From Candidatus Eremiobacteria bacterium (GTDB taxonomy: Bacteria > Vulcanimicrobiota > Vulcanimicrobiia > Vulcanimicrobiales > Vulcanimicrobiaceae), in assembly GCA_025934645.1 (NCBI GenBank), contig JAICWY010000003.1, positions 14,670 through 78,669 of the forward strand: a DNA stretch of 64,000 nucleotides. Direction: 5' to 3'. Each line of letters begins with the position of its first letter. Position 1 is the first letter of the stretch. Positions 1 through 8,853 of the stretch are shown here, piece by piece. The notes below the pieces were generated by a model, which ran no database searches, had not been told where the DNA came from, and worked only from the letters and a program-made list of their open reading frames with translations. The position numbers were made by a program, and so were the translations under genes.

Positions 1-2
1 TC

Positions 3-290
3 TTTCAAGCGGATTGCTCCGTGTGCCATTCCGGCGCGACGTTCAGCGATGCGAACAGCAAGCTGCATCTGCCCTCGGAAACCGGCATGGACCCCGTGTA
101 CGCGAACCGCAGTGCTACGAAGATGTACCGCACTACGCCGCTACGCGGGCTGGCGGAAAACGCGCCGTATTTCCACGACGGCAGTGCGGCCACGCTGGAC
201 GATGTCGTGAACCATTACAATACGGTGCTAAAGCTCTCGCTCACTGCCCAACAGCACGCGGATCTGGTCGAGTACCTGAAGTCGCTCTAA
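3..290 (+). CDS. Di-haem cytochrome c peroxidase / MauG-family protein, C-terminal fragment (5' end outside window)
   Basis: Frame 3 is open from the window edge. It reads FQADCSVCHSG (CxxCH haem-c motif, 15-29) followed by PLRGLAENAPYFHDGSAATLDDVVNHY, typical of the C-terminal haem domain of bacterial CCP/MauG. Stop at 288-290. Confidence 0.7.
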   Translation, partial: FQADCSVCHSGATFSDANSKLHLPSETGMDPVYANRSATKMYRTTPLRGLAENAPYFHDGSAATLDDVVNHYNTVLKLSLTAQQHADLVEYLKSL

Positions 291-870
291 GACGCCATTC
301 GGTCGGGGCTATGCCGAACTCGGCGCGAAACGCGTTGCTGAAATGCGCGTGATCGCAAAAGCCGAAATCGAGCGCGATCGACGCGATATCGTCTCCGCGC
401 TCAACCCGCTGCAGCGCGTTGCGTAAACGCAGCCGCTTCAGGTACGCGCGCAGCGAGATCCCGACATGACGGTGGAAGATGCGTGAGGCGGCGAACGGAC
501 TGAGCCCGCAAGCCGCGCCAATCTCGCGAAGTGACGGCGGTTCCCCGAGCGCGCGGTTCGCGTACTCTTGCATCGCGAAGGCGTAGCCGGCGCAGTACGC
601 GGAACAGCCGGTATGGCCTTGGACAGCGGAATCGCGCAGCTGCAATTGCGGCGCGCCGCCGATACGGCTTTCCGGCAACGCCGAAATTTCCACAATCGCG
701 TGCGTCAGTGCGGTGACCGGTAGACACGCCGCGCCGCGCGGCACGATCAGCTCGTGATTGACGTCCATAACGGCGGGCCGCCCCTCGATCGCGCAGCGGA
801 GAGCGCCGGCGAGCACAAAGGCTGCGCTGCTCGCGGGAATGCGGCCGGTTTGGCCCGCGCTCAGCTGCAT
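241..870 (-). CDS. AraC-family transcriptional regulator
   Basis: C-terminal AraC HTH: LREIGAACGLSPFAASRIFHRHVGISLRAYLKRLRLRNALQRV...IALDFGFCDHAHFSNAFRAEFGIAPTEWR. Start taken at ATG 870 (MQLSAGQ), which abuts the TrmB stop. The 3' end overlaps the convergent peroxidase gene by 50 nt. Confidence 0.8.
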   Translation of the reverse strand: MQLSAGQTGRIPASSAAFVLAGALRCAIEGRPAVMDVNHELIVPRGAACLPVTALTHAIVEISALPESRIGGAPQLQLRDSAVQGHTGCSAYCAGYAFAMQEYANRALGEPPSLREIGAACGLSPFAASRIFHRHVGISLRAYLKRLRLRNALQRVERGDDIASIALDFGFCDHAHFSNAFRAEFGIAPTEWRLRATSGTRPDPRAVGQ

Positions 871-871
871 G

Positions 872-1732
872 TCACAGCGCGACCGCACGCGCCATTAACT
901 CGCGCATGTGTTCGATGAATCCGCGCTCGGCTTGCGGACTGACGGCTTGCAAAATCTTGCGCGTGTGTGGTTTGAGCGAACGTTCGAAGCCGGGGCCGAG
1001 ATCTTCGATGATCGACGCCATCGCGATGCTTTGACGGATGTACGCACCCGTGAGTTCAACGAACATCGGTTGCCGCGTGACGAGCACGCTTACGTCGGCG
1101 GCGTCAATCTGCGCCGCAACCAGCGCTGCGCCGTCGAAAACGGCGATGAACCAGCGCGAGCGATCCGGCGCGGCGACGCGATAGCGGTACGCATGTCCGC
1201 TGCAGAACCCGCACTCCGCCGGACATCCCGCGAGGCAAAGAATCGTAACCGTGACGCCGCGCGCCTCAGCGGCCGCGATGTCGCTTTCGAATTCCCGGGC
1301 TTCGCTCGGGAAGAGCGCGACGAGCGCGTAGCTGCGCGCTTCCGCCAGCGCGGTGCGCGCGTGCTCGATCAGCGCGGCGTATCCGCGCGCGCTGAACAGT
1401 TCTTCGCTTTCGGGCGCCGCCTGAACCGCGCTGAGTGAATCCGCCGTCGTCTGCAACGCGGCGCGCTGTTCATCCTCGATGCGCGCGACAAGGCGATCGG
1501 GCGGAACAGCGGCGTAGCGCGGACCCTTCTCGCCATGTTGAACGAGCACGGCGCCGCGTGCGACAAGCTTGTCCAGCGCGGCATAGATGTTGGCGCGGGG
1601 GACGCCCGAGGCTTTGGCCGCCTCGTACCCGTTGAGCCCGCTCGTCCGCAGCAGCGCGACGTATGCGCGCGCTTCGTATTCGCCAAAGCCGAGCCGCTGC
1701 AGCGACTCGACCGCCGTATCGGGACCCGCCAT
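872..1732 (-). CDS. TrmB-family transcriptional regulator
   Basis: N-terminal winged helix LQRLGFGEYEARAYVALLRTSGLNGYEAAKASGVPRANIYAALDKLVARGAV. GGGAGGG Shine-Dalgarno 4 nt upstream of the ATG. Confidence 0.75.
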   Translation of the reverse strand: MAGPDTAVESLQRLGFGEYEARAYVALLRTSGLNGYEAAKASGVPRANIYAALDKLVARGAVLVQHGEKGPRYAAVPPDRLVARIEDEQRAALQTTADSLSAVQAAPESEELFSARGYAALIEHARTALAEARSYALVALFPSEAREFESDIAAAEARGVTVTILCLAGCPAECGFCSGHAYRYRVAAPDRSRWFIAVFDGAALVAAQIDAADVSVLVTRQPMFVELTGAYIRQSIAMASIIEDLGPGFERSLKPHTRKILQAVSPQAERGFIEHMRELMARAVAL

Positions 1733-1844
1733 GACGCCCTCCCGGCATAGTTGTCGTAGTTGCAGCTACTATACGCTCCCATCGCGGGCCCTTCAAGTGT
1801 TGGCGCTGCAAAGGCCAAGAACTTACAAGCACGAACCGCGCAGC

Positions 1845-2147
1845 ATGTTTCTCTTGCTCTCCCGCTACGTTAAGCCGATGGACGAAGTCGACCGGCTGAT
1901 TCCCGAGCACCGCGCGTTCTTGGACCGCTACTACGCGAGCGGTTTGTTCATCGTTTCCGGTCCACAGGAGCCGCGCGTGGGCGGCGTCATCGTCACGGCC
2001 GACGCGCCGCGCGAGGCGATCGACGCGGCGCTGGCGGAAGACCCGTTCGTGCGCGAGCGCGTCTCGGAATACGAGATCGTCGAGTTCACGGCAACGAAAC
2101 GCGCGGAACGCTTCATGAAAGCGCTGGAATTAAGCCGCCAGCAGTAA
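1845..2147 (+). CDS. YciI-family protein
   Basis: MFLLLSRYVKPMDEVDRLIPEHRAFLDRYYASGLFIVSGPQEPRVGGVIV...DPFVRERVSEYEIVEF fits the YciI-like fold family. The longer 1587 start in the track runs antisense through the TrmB gene and was not used. Confidence 0.75.
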   Translation: MFLLLSRYVKPMDEVDRLIPEHRAFLDRYYASGLFIVSGPQEPRVGGVIVTADAPREAIDAALAEDPFVRERVSEYEIVEFTATKRAERFMKALELSRQQ

Positions 2148-2402
2148 CGGCTGCTTGTGCAGCTCGGCGCGTCGGCGCGCGTAGAGGGCGACGGCGCGGT
2201 CGAGTTGCGCGGACGTGAGTTCGCCGCGGCTGCGGTGCACGATTGCGCGGCACTTCACGTAGCCGCGGATTGCACTGCGCACGGTGGATTCGGCGATGGC
2301 GCGCGAGCCGTCGCGGCGGGCGAGTTCTTCGATGAAAGTCTTGAGTGCGGTCTGATCCATGCCTGTACTGTAAACCGGGATAGTGCCAGCTGTATGGCGC
2401 AT
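2130..2402 (-). CDS. Hypothetical small protein (alternative start ATG 2360, MDQTALKTF...)
   Basis: Protein-like composition (TALKTFIEELARRDGSRAIAESTVRSAIRGYVKCRAIVHRSRGELTSAQLDRAVALYARRRAEL), whereas the opposite-strand ORF 2157-2429 is Ala/Gly/Arg noise. No family recognised. Confidence 0.35.
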   Translation of the reverse strand: MRHTAGTIPVYSTGMDQTALKTFIEELARRDGSRAIAESTVRSAIRGYVKCRAIVHRSRGELTSAQLDRAVALYARRRAELHKQPLLLAA

Positions 2403-2410
2403 TTCAAAAT

Positions 2411-2860
2411 ATGGAACCGCTCGATCTAACGCTTCGCCCGCCGCGCAGCTGCTACGCGGAGCTCGACGGGCTCTTATTGCTCCCCCGCACGATCGACAAG
2501 CTGCGCGCGTTTCTGCCCGGGGGCAATCCCGGCGGCTACATCATCAACGGCCGCATCAAAGGCATCTCGGGCTACCTGCTCGAGCGGCTCGGCGTGACCG
2601 AAGGTGAACTGCGCGAGGCCGTAGCGCGAGCCGAAACGGAAGAAGACGTTGCCGCCTGGCTGCGCGAGAACACCGATTCCACGCAATATCCGGCCATAAA
2701 CGCAACGCTGCGCAAAATCAAGCCGAAGCATGCCGAGAACCCGGAAATCTTTGCGGAGATTTACGCTGAGACGCTCGCGGCGCACCCGGAACTCGAGCGC
2801 ATCATGGATATCATCGAAGCGGACGATCGCCGCGCGTTCGGTTCAGCCGTTCCCGACTAA
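2411..2860 (+). CDS. DUF5069-like protein
   Basis: PRSCYAELDGLLLLPRTIDKLRAFLPGGNPGGYIINGRIKG resembles DUF5069-family proteins (from memory, not searched). Clean 149-aa ORF with normal codon bias. Confidence 0.6.
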   Translation: MEPLDLTLRPPRSCYAELDGLLLLPRTIDKLRAFLPGGNPGGYIINGRIKGISGYLLERLGVTEGELREAVARAETEEDVAAWLRENTDSTQYPAINATLRKIKPKHAENPEIFAEIYAETLAAHPELERIMDIIEADDRRAFGSAVPD

Positions 2861-5800
2861 CAAACCCAGTAGATTGGCGGACCGGGCCGCGTGGCCATTG
2901 CCGGAAATCTGCCGGCTCTCGACGCGCAGCACTGCGCGCGCGTGGCTGCCGCCGCCGGGCCGCTTGGAAACGTGGAAGTCTTGCGTAAGTGACGACACGA
3001 TGTACAAACCGCGTCCGGACTCGCTGAAAAGATCCGGTGGAAGAATGGCGATGTGGCGGAACCCCGGACCGTCGTCGAGCACGTGCAGCACCGGCGCGGT
3101 GCCGCTCCAATCAACCGTGATCTCGAGTGGGCCCGGCGCGTAACGCACCGCGTTCCCGATGAGCTCGCCCAGCACGAGTTCGGCGCCGGACACGTCATCG
3201 AACGATCCGCCGCGCGCGGCGAACTCGTTTCGAAATTCGCGCCGCGCTGCCGCGGCCGCTCGCGCATCCGAAGCATCGAAGTTCCAGCGTTGCAAGGCGC
3301 CGCCGGCGGACGCGGGAATGCCGGCGATGTTTGCGACCAAGATCGCAACGTCGTCGTGAGCGGTTCCACCGTCGAGCAGCTGCTGCATGAGCGTTTCCGC
3401 AGGACGTTCCGCATCGCACACGGTGCTATCGTACAGGCTTTCGATCAGGCGCCGCTCGCCTTCTTCGGAATTGCGAGTCGATTCCGTGAGGCCGTCGGTG
3501 TAAAGCACCAAGCACGCTCCATCGGGCAGCGCGATAGAGCGCCCACGGCTTTCACCCTGGCCGAAGCGCAGGCCCAGCGGCAAGCCGCCGTCGGAAAGCG
3601 GCTCGATGCGGCCGTCGGGATGACGCAGCATCGCGGGCGGATGCCCCGCGGAGGCGTACGCGAACGTTTTTGCGATCGGGTCCATCACGCCGACGAACGC
3701 GGTGACGAATTGTTCGGGATGCTCCAACCGTAACGCGCGATCCGCCGCATCGAGCATCAGCGCCGGATCGGCGTGCACTTGCGCGATGCCGCGAATAATC
3801 TGCCGCATGTTGCCCATTGTGACTGCGGCGTGCAATCCGCTTCCCGCAACATCTCCGATGGAAATGACGACGCGTCCGTCCAGCAGGCGCATCGCATCGT
3901 ACCAATCGCCGCCGACTTGCGCTTCCGCACTTCCCGGCACGTAGATCGCATCGAAGGTGACGCCGGGCACGTCCGGCAGCGTCGGAGGCAGCGATGCTTC
4001 CTGGAACGATTCGGCAACGCGGTGTTCGCGTTCGAATTCGCGCGCGTTCTCCACCGCGGAACCGGCGCGCCGTCCGAGTTCTTCGAGCACCGGCAGGTCT
4101 TCGGGCGCGTACGTGCGTCCGGAGTCGCCATACAACAAGCCGATGCTGCCGACGGTTCGTCCGCGCCCGATCAGCGGCACGCATACGACGGATCGCATGC
4201 CGAGCTGATCGTAGATTCTGTATTCTTCGTCGTCCCCAATCGCTTGTCGTGAAACGTGCTCGGGTACGTCCGAAATAATTTGCGAGGTGCCGGTGCGGAT
4301 CACGTACGGTGCTCCCGCCTCGGCGTCGCGGTTCAAGTGTACGCGCCCGGCAAGCTGTTGCGCGATGCGGTTTTTCGCGCGATCGCGATGCACGACCGCG
4401 ACGGTGCGGATCTTGTCGTCCGGCGTTCTTAGATCGATCTGGCACCAATCGGCGAACTCGGGCACGCAGAGTGCCGCGATGCTTTGCAACGTCTGCTCCA
4501 AACCGAGCGACTCGGCTAGTATGCGTCCGGCGTCGGCCAGAAAACCTCGTTCGCTCGCCAAGCGCCGCGCATCATCGATGTCCACGCCCGTGCCGGTCCA
4601 GCGCACGATGCGTCCCCAGCGATCGCGTTGGGGCAGGGCGCGCGCGGTAAACCAGCGGTACACGCCGTCTGCGCGCCGCATCCTAAAATCATGCATAAAG
4701 GGCACGCCGCCCTGGACCGCGCGCTGCCAGTCCGCAACTGCATCCTTGACGTCGTCCGGGTGAAGAACTGCGACCCAAGCCTCGCCGTACGCAGAATCGA
4801 CCGTCAATCCGGTGTACTCGCTGAAAGCGTCGCTCAGATATGTGATCTCTCCGTCGCCGTTCGCTTCGATTACGACGTGAGGCATCGACGCGGTCAGCGT
4901 GCGGAACCGCTCCTCGCTTTGGCGCAAATCTCGTATGCCGCGCTCACGGATTGAAGCCGCGCTCACGTGCGCGGCAACGCGCGCCTGCAGTTCGTCGGCG
5001 GAGAACGGCTTGACGATGTAATCGTCCGCGCCTTGTCCCAAACCTTCGACCGCGGCTTCTTCACCTGCCCGCGCGGATAAGAAGATGAACGGCGTGCCGC
5101 TCAATTGCGGATCGCTGCGAATCGCACGTAGAAGCTCCAGGCCGTCCATCTCGGGCATCATGACGTCGCTGACGATGACGTCGAAGCGTTCGCGGTGGGC
5201 CGCTTCGAGCGCTTGCGCACCGTTTGCTACGGCCGTGACCTCATTCGCGCCGGAAAGCAATCCGGCGACGTATTCGCGCAGATCGCCGTTGTCATCGGCC
5301 AGAAGAATACGCGGCCGTCCGGTCGCGGCCGATGCAGGCGGAGACGAAATGGAAACGTCCGCGCGCGTGATAGTCGATTCGACGTCGGCCAAATACTGCT
5401 CGATTGCCGAGCTTGCATGCGCTTCGGCGCTCTCTTCGCGTACGAGCCTTTCCGGGTCGAGATGCGCCGTTCCCAAAGGGATGGCAATGCGGAATGTCGT
5501 GCCGTCACCGATCGTGCTGCTGACGCCGATCGTGCCGCCGTGCAGATCGACTAACTCCTTCACCAGGGCGAGCCCGATGCCGCTGCCTTCATGAGAACGT
5601 GATTTCGCGCCGCGCACGCGGCGGAAGCGTTCGAACAGGTGCGGCACCTCGCCCGGCGGCACACCGACGCCGGTGTCGGCGACCACCAGTTCGGCGGCGT
5701 TACCGCACTTGCGCAGTGAGACGCGGATCTCGCCTTCGAGCGTGAATTTAATCGCGTTCGAAATGAGATTTAGGACGATCTTTTCCCACATCGAGCGATC

Positions 5801-7162
5801 GACGTAGGCGGGATCTTCCAGGGTTATATCGGTCCGGAAACTTAATCCGGCGCTCTCGATTGCCGATTCGAATATACCGCACAACTCGCGTGTGAGCGTT
5901 GCGAGGTCCGTCTCGGCGAACGCTGCGTCGTTGCGGCCGACTTCGAGACGTGAAAACTCGAGCAGCGTGTTGACGAGTTTCAAAAGGCGCAGCGAGTTGC
6001 GTCGTGCGGTTTCTACCAAGTGCCGGGACGCCGTGTCCGCGTTTTTCTGCAATTCGGAGAGCGGTCCGAGCATAAGCGTGAGCGGCGTGCGGAATTCGTG
6101 ACTGACGTTCGAGAAGAAGACGTTCTTCGCGCGATCGAGCTCCGCGAGCGCCTCCGCGCGGCCGCGTTCCTCTTCGTACGCACGCGCGTGCGATAGCGCG
6201 TTACCGATCTGCGCTGCCACGAGATTGTAAAAGTCGACGTACCGGGCGTCGAGACGCACGCGCGGATTGACGCCGGCTACGAGAAAGCCCGCCAGCTGGT
6301 GCGCTGCCGTGGATTGTATCGGCACGATCACCGCTTGCTGGGGTGGATTTGCCCACGGTCCGCTCGGCACCGGGTTCAATCGCGCCTGCAGATCGCCGAC
6401 CACCTCGAGCCGCGCGGTTTGCGCTGCGTGGAAAAGTGGCCACGGCCTTGCGTGCGGATCGGTAAGATCGATCTCGAGCGGCGCGGCGGCCGAACCTTGC
6501 TCTAAGCCTGCCGCCGCCGCCAGTTTCGCGGTCTTGCGATCGTCGGCGATCAGATAAATCGCGCAGAACGGAACCGGCTTGGGATAACGTTCGAGCGTTT
6601 CCGCGGCGAGCGTACATTCTTCCTCAACCGTGCGCGCTTCGGTGCTGCGCTCCGCCAGATCGCGCAACAACTGCATGCGGCGCTCGCCGATGACTTTCTG
6701 GCTGGTCTCCTGGACGGTCCCAAGGACGCCGCCGATCCCGCCGGGCGCCTCCGGGTCGGGAAGCGCGCTATACGAAAACGTGAAGTACGTTTCTTCGACG
6801 AAGCCGTGACGGTTGATGTCGAGCAGCAAGTCCTCGTTCCAGGTGCTCGGGCCGCCGGCATAGACCGACGTGACCTGGGGGCCGATGACGTCCCAGATCT
6901 CTTCCCAGCACGCCTGCGCGCCCTGGCCCATGGAGCGCGGATGTTTTTCGCCCAGCATTGGCGTGTACTGATCGTTGTAGAACTGAACGAACTGCGGTCC
7001 CCACCAAAAGACCATGGGGAAACGGTTGTTCAGAACCAGCTGCAGTACCGTACGAAGGGCGGGCGGCCACTGCCCGGCATCGCCGAGCGGTGTCTGCGCC
7101 CAATCGATCCGGGCGATAAGCTCGGCGTTCTCCGGTGACCCGGTCGCACTCGTCATAACCAA
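2843..7162 (-). CDS. Multidomain sensor: PAS-like/GAF - HisKA - HATPase_c - receiver - PAS - GAF - PP2C (SpoIIE-type) phosphatase - RsbW-like HATPase
   Basis: Motifs seen:
- H-box FFSNVSHEFRTPL (His355, about nt 6100)
- N/G boxes NLISNAIKF and DTGVGV...GSGIGLALV
- receiver RILLADDNGDL...DVIVSDVMMPEMDG (Asp666, about nt 5167) ...IVKPF
- PAS EERFRTLTASMPHVVIEANGDGEITYLSDAF
- PP2C GGDWYDA...IGDVAGSGLHAA...LYTDGLTE
- C-terminal kinase-like LGELIGNAVRYA...VLDDGPGF. Confidence 0.9.
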   Translation of the reverse strand: MVMTSATGSPENAELIARIDWAQTPLGDAGQWPPALRTVLQLVLNNRFPMVFWWGPQFVQFYNDQYTPMLGEKHPRSMGQGAQACWEEIWDVIGPQVTSVYAGGPSTWNEDLLLDINRHGFVEETYFTFSYSALPDPEAPGGIGGVLGTVQETSQKVIGERRMQLLRDLAERSTEARTVEEECTLAAETLERYPKPVPFCAIYLIADDRKTAKLAAAAGLEQGSAAAPLEIDLTDPHARPWPLFHAAQTARLEVVGDLQARLNPVPSGPWANPPQQAVIVPIQSTAAHQLAGFLVAGVNPRVRLDARYVDFYNLVAAQIGNALSHARAYEEERGRAEALAELDRAKNVFFSNVSHEFRTPLTLMLGPLSELQKNADTASRHLVETARRNSLRLLKLVNTLLEFSRLEVGRNDAAFAETDLATLTRELCGIFESAIESAGLSFRTDITLEDPAYVDRSMWEKIVLNLISNAIKFTLEGEIRVSLRKCGNAAELVVADTGVGVPPGEVPHLFERFRRVRGAKSRSHEGSGIGLALVKELVDLHGGTIGVSSTIGDGTTFRIAIPLGTAHLDPERLVREESAEAHASSAIEQYLADVESTITRADVSISSPPASAATGRPRILLADDNGDLREYVAGLLSGANEVTAVANGAQALEAAHRERFDVIVSDVMMPEMDGLELLRAIRSDPQLSGTPFIFLSARAGEEAAVEGLGQGADDYIVKPFSADELQARVAAHVSAASIRERGIRDLRQSEERFRTLTASMPHVVIEANGDGEITYLSDAFSEYTGLTVDSAYGEAWVAVLHPDDVKDAVADWQRAVQGGVPFMHDFRMRRADGVYRWFTARALPQRDRWGRIVRWTGTGVDIDDARRLASERGFLADAGRILAESLGLEQTLQSIAALCVPEFADWCQIDLRTPDDKIRTVAVVHRDRAKNRIAQQLAGRVHLNRDAEAGAPYVIRTGTSQIISDVPEHVSRQAIGDDEEYRIYDQLGMRSVVCVPLIGRGRTVGSIGLLYGDSGRTYAPEDLPVLEELGRRAGSAVENAREFEREHRVAESFQEASLPPTLPDVPGVTFDAIYVPGSAEAQVGGDWYDAMRLLDGRVVISIGDVAGSGLHAAVTMGNMRQIIRGIAQVHADPALMLDAADRALRLEHPEQFVTAFVGVMDPIAKTFAYASAGHPPAMLRHPDGRIEPLSDGGLPLGLRFGQGESRGRSIALPDGACLVLYTDGLTESTRNSEEGERRLIESLYDSTVCDAERPAETLMQQLLDGGTAHDDVAILVANIAGIPASAGGALQRWNFDASDARAAAAARREFRNEFAARGGSFDDVSGAELVLGELIGNAVRYAPGPLEITVDWSGTAPVLHVLDDGPGFRHIAILPPDLFSESGRGLYIVSSLTQDFHVSKRPGGGSHARAVLRVESRQISGNGHAARSANLLGLLVGNG

Positions 7163-7259
7163 AACTTCAGACGCGGCGAGTGAACGCCTTTCTCACTTTC
7201 AAACACGCGGCAAACGAGCACTATCTACCCAATGCCGCCGCAGCACTAAACGAACGCCG

Positions 7260-8141
7260 CTAGCGGTCACGCGAAACTTGTCCCGGTGTTATCGTCGCTG
7301 CTTGGTTGCCCCACGAGGTACGCTCGTGGTCAATGACCGCCGCGATCTGAGCGTCGCTGAGCTGCGCGGCAAAGGCCGGCATTTGCGCCGCGTATTTCGT
7401 CCCGGCGATGCTTTTGCCGGAAAGGCCGTGCAGAACGATCTTGATGTGCGCGTCGGCATCTTTCCCGGTGACGACCGGGTCGCCCGCGAGCGGCGGGAAC
7501 GCGCCGGGCGTACCCGCGCCGGTCTCGCCGTGGCAGGACGCGCAATTCCCTGAATAGACTTGTGCGCCGAGCGCCGAGTAATCGAAGCCCGCGACGTTCT
7601 TGCTGCCCGTGGCGGCGTTGCTTGCAACCGGCGCCGGTGTTTGCACGCTGGTTTGCACCGCAGGCGCTTCGGCGGCGACCAGCGTTGGATTGGGCGCATA
7701 TGTCGGCGTCTGTGCGAATGCGGGCGGCGTCGCAAAATACTCCAGGCCGTACCACATGCCCCAAACCGCGATCACCACGATCAGCACCCAGGTCCACACG
7801 GGGATCGGTCCTGCCGATTCGGCGCGCACCGGATCGAACGGCTCTTCCGCACTGAACGCGTTGATGTCGATATCCACGCCTCCGCGCACGCGCGAGCCTG
7901 CGCGCAGGCCGGTCACCGTGATGCCCGGGCCGTTTGAAACGACGAACGGAATGAGCCGCACGCCGGTGTTGCCAAGAGCGTCGACGGCTTCGATGCGCAG
8001 CGTGTGCTCGCCGTCGCGCATCGAGCGCGTGTCCATGTGAAAGCGCGCAGGCGGACGGTATGAGGCGATCGGTTCGGCGGCCTCGTCCAAAAAGATCCGG
8101 ACGGCTACGGGATCTTCCGGCACGCGTTGGTCGTACTGCAT
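7260..8141 (-). CDS. Membrane-anchored mono-haem cytochrome c, CcoP-like by position (N-terminal Ig-like domain + FixP_N-like TM + one cytochrome c domain)
   Basis: Single CxxCH (GNCASCHG) with a downstream Met ligand region (AAQMPAF). One TM segment IPVWTWVLIVVIAVWGMWYGLEYF resembling the FixP N-terminal helix. The N-terminal roughly 115 aa resembles an Ig-like domain (DGEHTLRIEAVDALGNTG). Its ATG overlaps the stop of the preceding micro-ORF (ATGA). Confidence 0.75.
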   Translation of the reverse strand: MQYDQRVPEDPVAVRIFLDEAAEPIASYRPPARFHMDTRSMRDGEHTLRIEAVDALGNTGVRLIPFVVSNGPGITVTGLRAGSRVRGGVDIDINAFSAEEPFDPVRAESAGPIPVWTWVLIVVIAVWGMWYGLEYFATPPAFAQTPTYAPNPTLVAAEAPAVQTSVQTPAPVASNAATGSKNVAGFDYSALGAQVYSGNCASCHGETGAGTPGAFPPLAGDPVVTGKDADAHIKIVLHGLSGKSIAGTKYAAQMPAFAAQLSDAQIAAVIDHERTSWGNQAATITPGQVSRDR

Positions 8142-8278
8142 CAGCGGTCGCTCCGCAAGATCGAATACTTCGGATGCGACGGATCCGTTTCACCGGGACG
8201 AACTGTCCAATAGATCGCCGCGCCGATGCTCCACAACGTCGCAATAGTTCCTACGAGAACGATGGCCCAGCCGGTCAT
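8141..8278 (-). CDS. 45-aa single-TM protein, CcoQ-like by position
   Basis: MTGWAIVLVGTIATLWSIGAAIYWTVRPGETDPSHPKYSILRSDR. The ATG overlaps the ccoO stop (ATGA at 8275-8278) and its stop overlaps the next ATG (8141). It appears only as the tail of a spurious 229-aa ORF in the track. Confidence 0.5.
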   Translation of the reverse strand: MTGWAIVLVGTIATLWSIGAAIYWTVRPGETDPSHPKYSILRSDR

Positions 8279-8853
8279 TTCACAGTTCCCAGCGGCAATT
8301 GCTTGAGCGACTTCAAGTATGCGACGAGATCTTGCGCCTGTTGCGTCGCAATCACTACGCCGTTGGCGGGCGCGTAGCCCGGCGGCAGCGGAACGGTAAT
8401 CTCGCCCGCGCTCGCGGACGGCCGCACCTGGAAGAGCCAGGTGTATCGCGGCATGATCGATTCGTGCACGAGCGCGCGCGGATCGTACAGGTGAATGTAC
8501 TGCCATACATCGCTGGGCTGACGCGCGCCGATGTTTGAAAGATCCGGACCGGTGCGCTCGGTTCCGAGCAATTGCGGCGTGTCGTAAGCGTAATCGCCGC
8601 CGACGGAAGGACGGCCGAACACTTTGTCTTGCACGAGCGGCCGCACGTTCTGCGTATGACAGTACGAGCACCCTTCCGCCACGTACACGTCCCGTCCGCG
8701 CGCCTCTGCCGCAGTGAGCGGCTTCAGTCCCGCCACGGGCGGCGTGTGCGAGAGTATCATACCGGGCGCAACGCCCATCAAAATGCAAAAGCATCCGTAG
8801 ATCGCGCCGGCCGCGATGACGAGCACCCAAACGTTATTCATGCCGCGGTTCAC
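8275..8853 (-). CDS. ccoO: cbb3-type cytochrome c oxidase subunit II (mono-haem)
   Basis: N-terminal TM, CxxCH (GCSYCHTQ), and GTERTGPDLSNIGARQPSDVWQYIHLYDPRALVHESIMP, typical of CcoO/FixO. GTG 8853 overlaps the ccoN stop (GTGA). ATG 8841 is an alternative start. Confidence 0.85.
   Translation of the reverse strand: MNRGMNNVWVLVIAAGAIYGCFCILMGVAPGMILSHTPPVAGLKPLTAAEARGRDVYVAEGCSYCHTQNVRPLVQDKVFGRPSVGGDYAYDTPQLLGTERTGPDLSNIGARQPSDVWQYIHLYDPRALVHESIMPRYTWLFQVRPSASAGEITVPLPPGYAPANGVVIATQQAQDLVAYLKSLKQLPLGTVK

Noticed and set aside
1587-1844. Long 5' extension of the YciI-family ORF
   Set aside because: It overlaps the TrmB gene antisense and has no YciI similarity. ATG 1845 gives a full-length family member.
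3552-4448. 298-aa minus-strand ORF (and many others: 3053-3733, 3773-4252, 4287-4763, 5085-5594) inside the sensor-kinase gene
   Set aside because: These ORFs are Arg/Ala/Gly/Pro-dominated translations in alternative frames of a clearly motif-bearing 1439-aa gene. They are typical shadow ORFs of GC-rich DNA.
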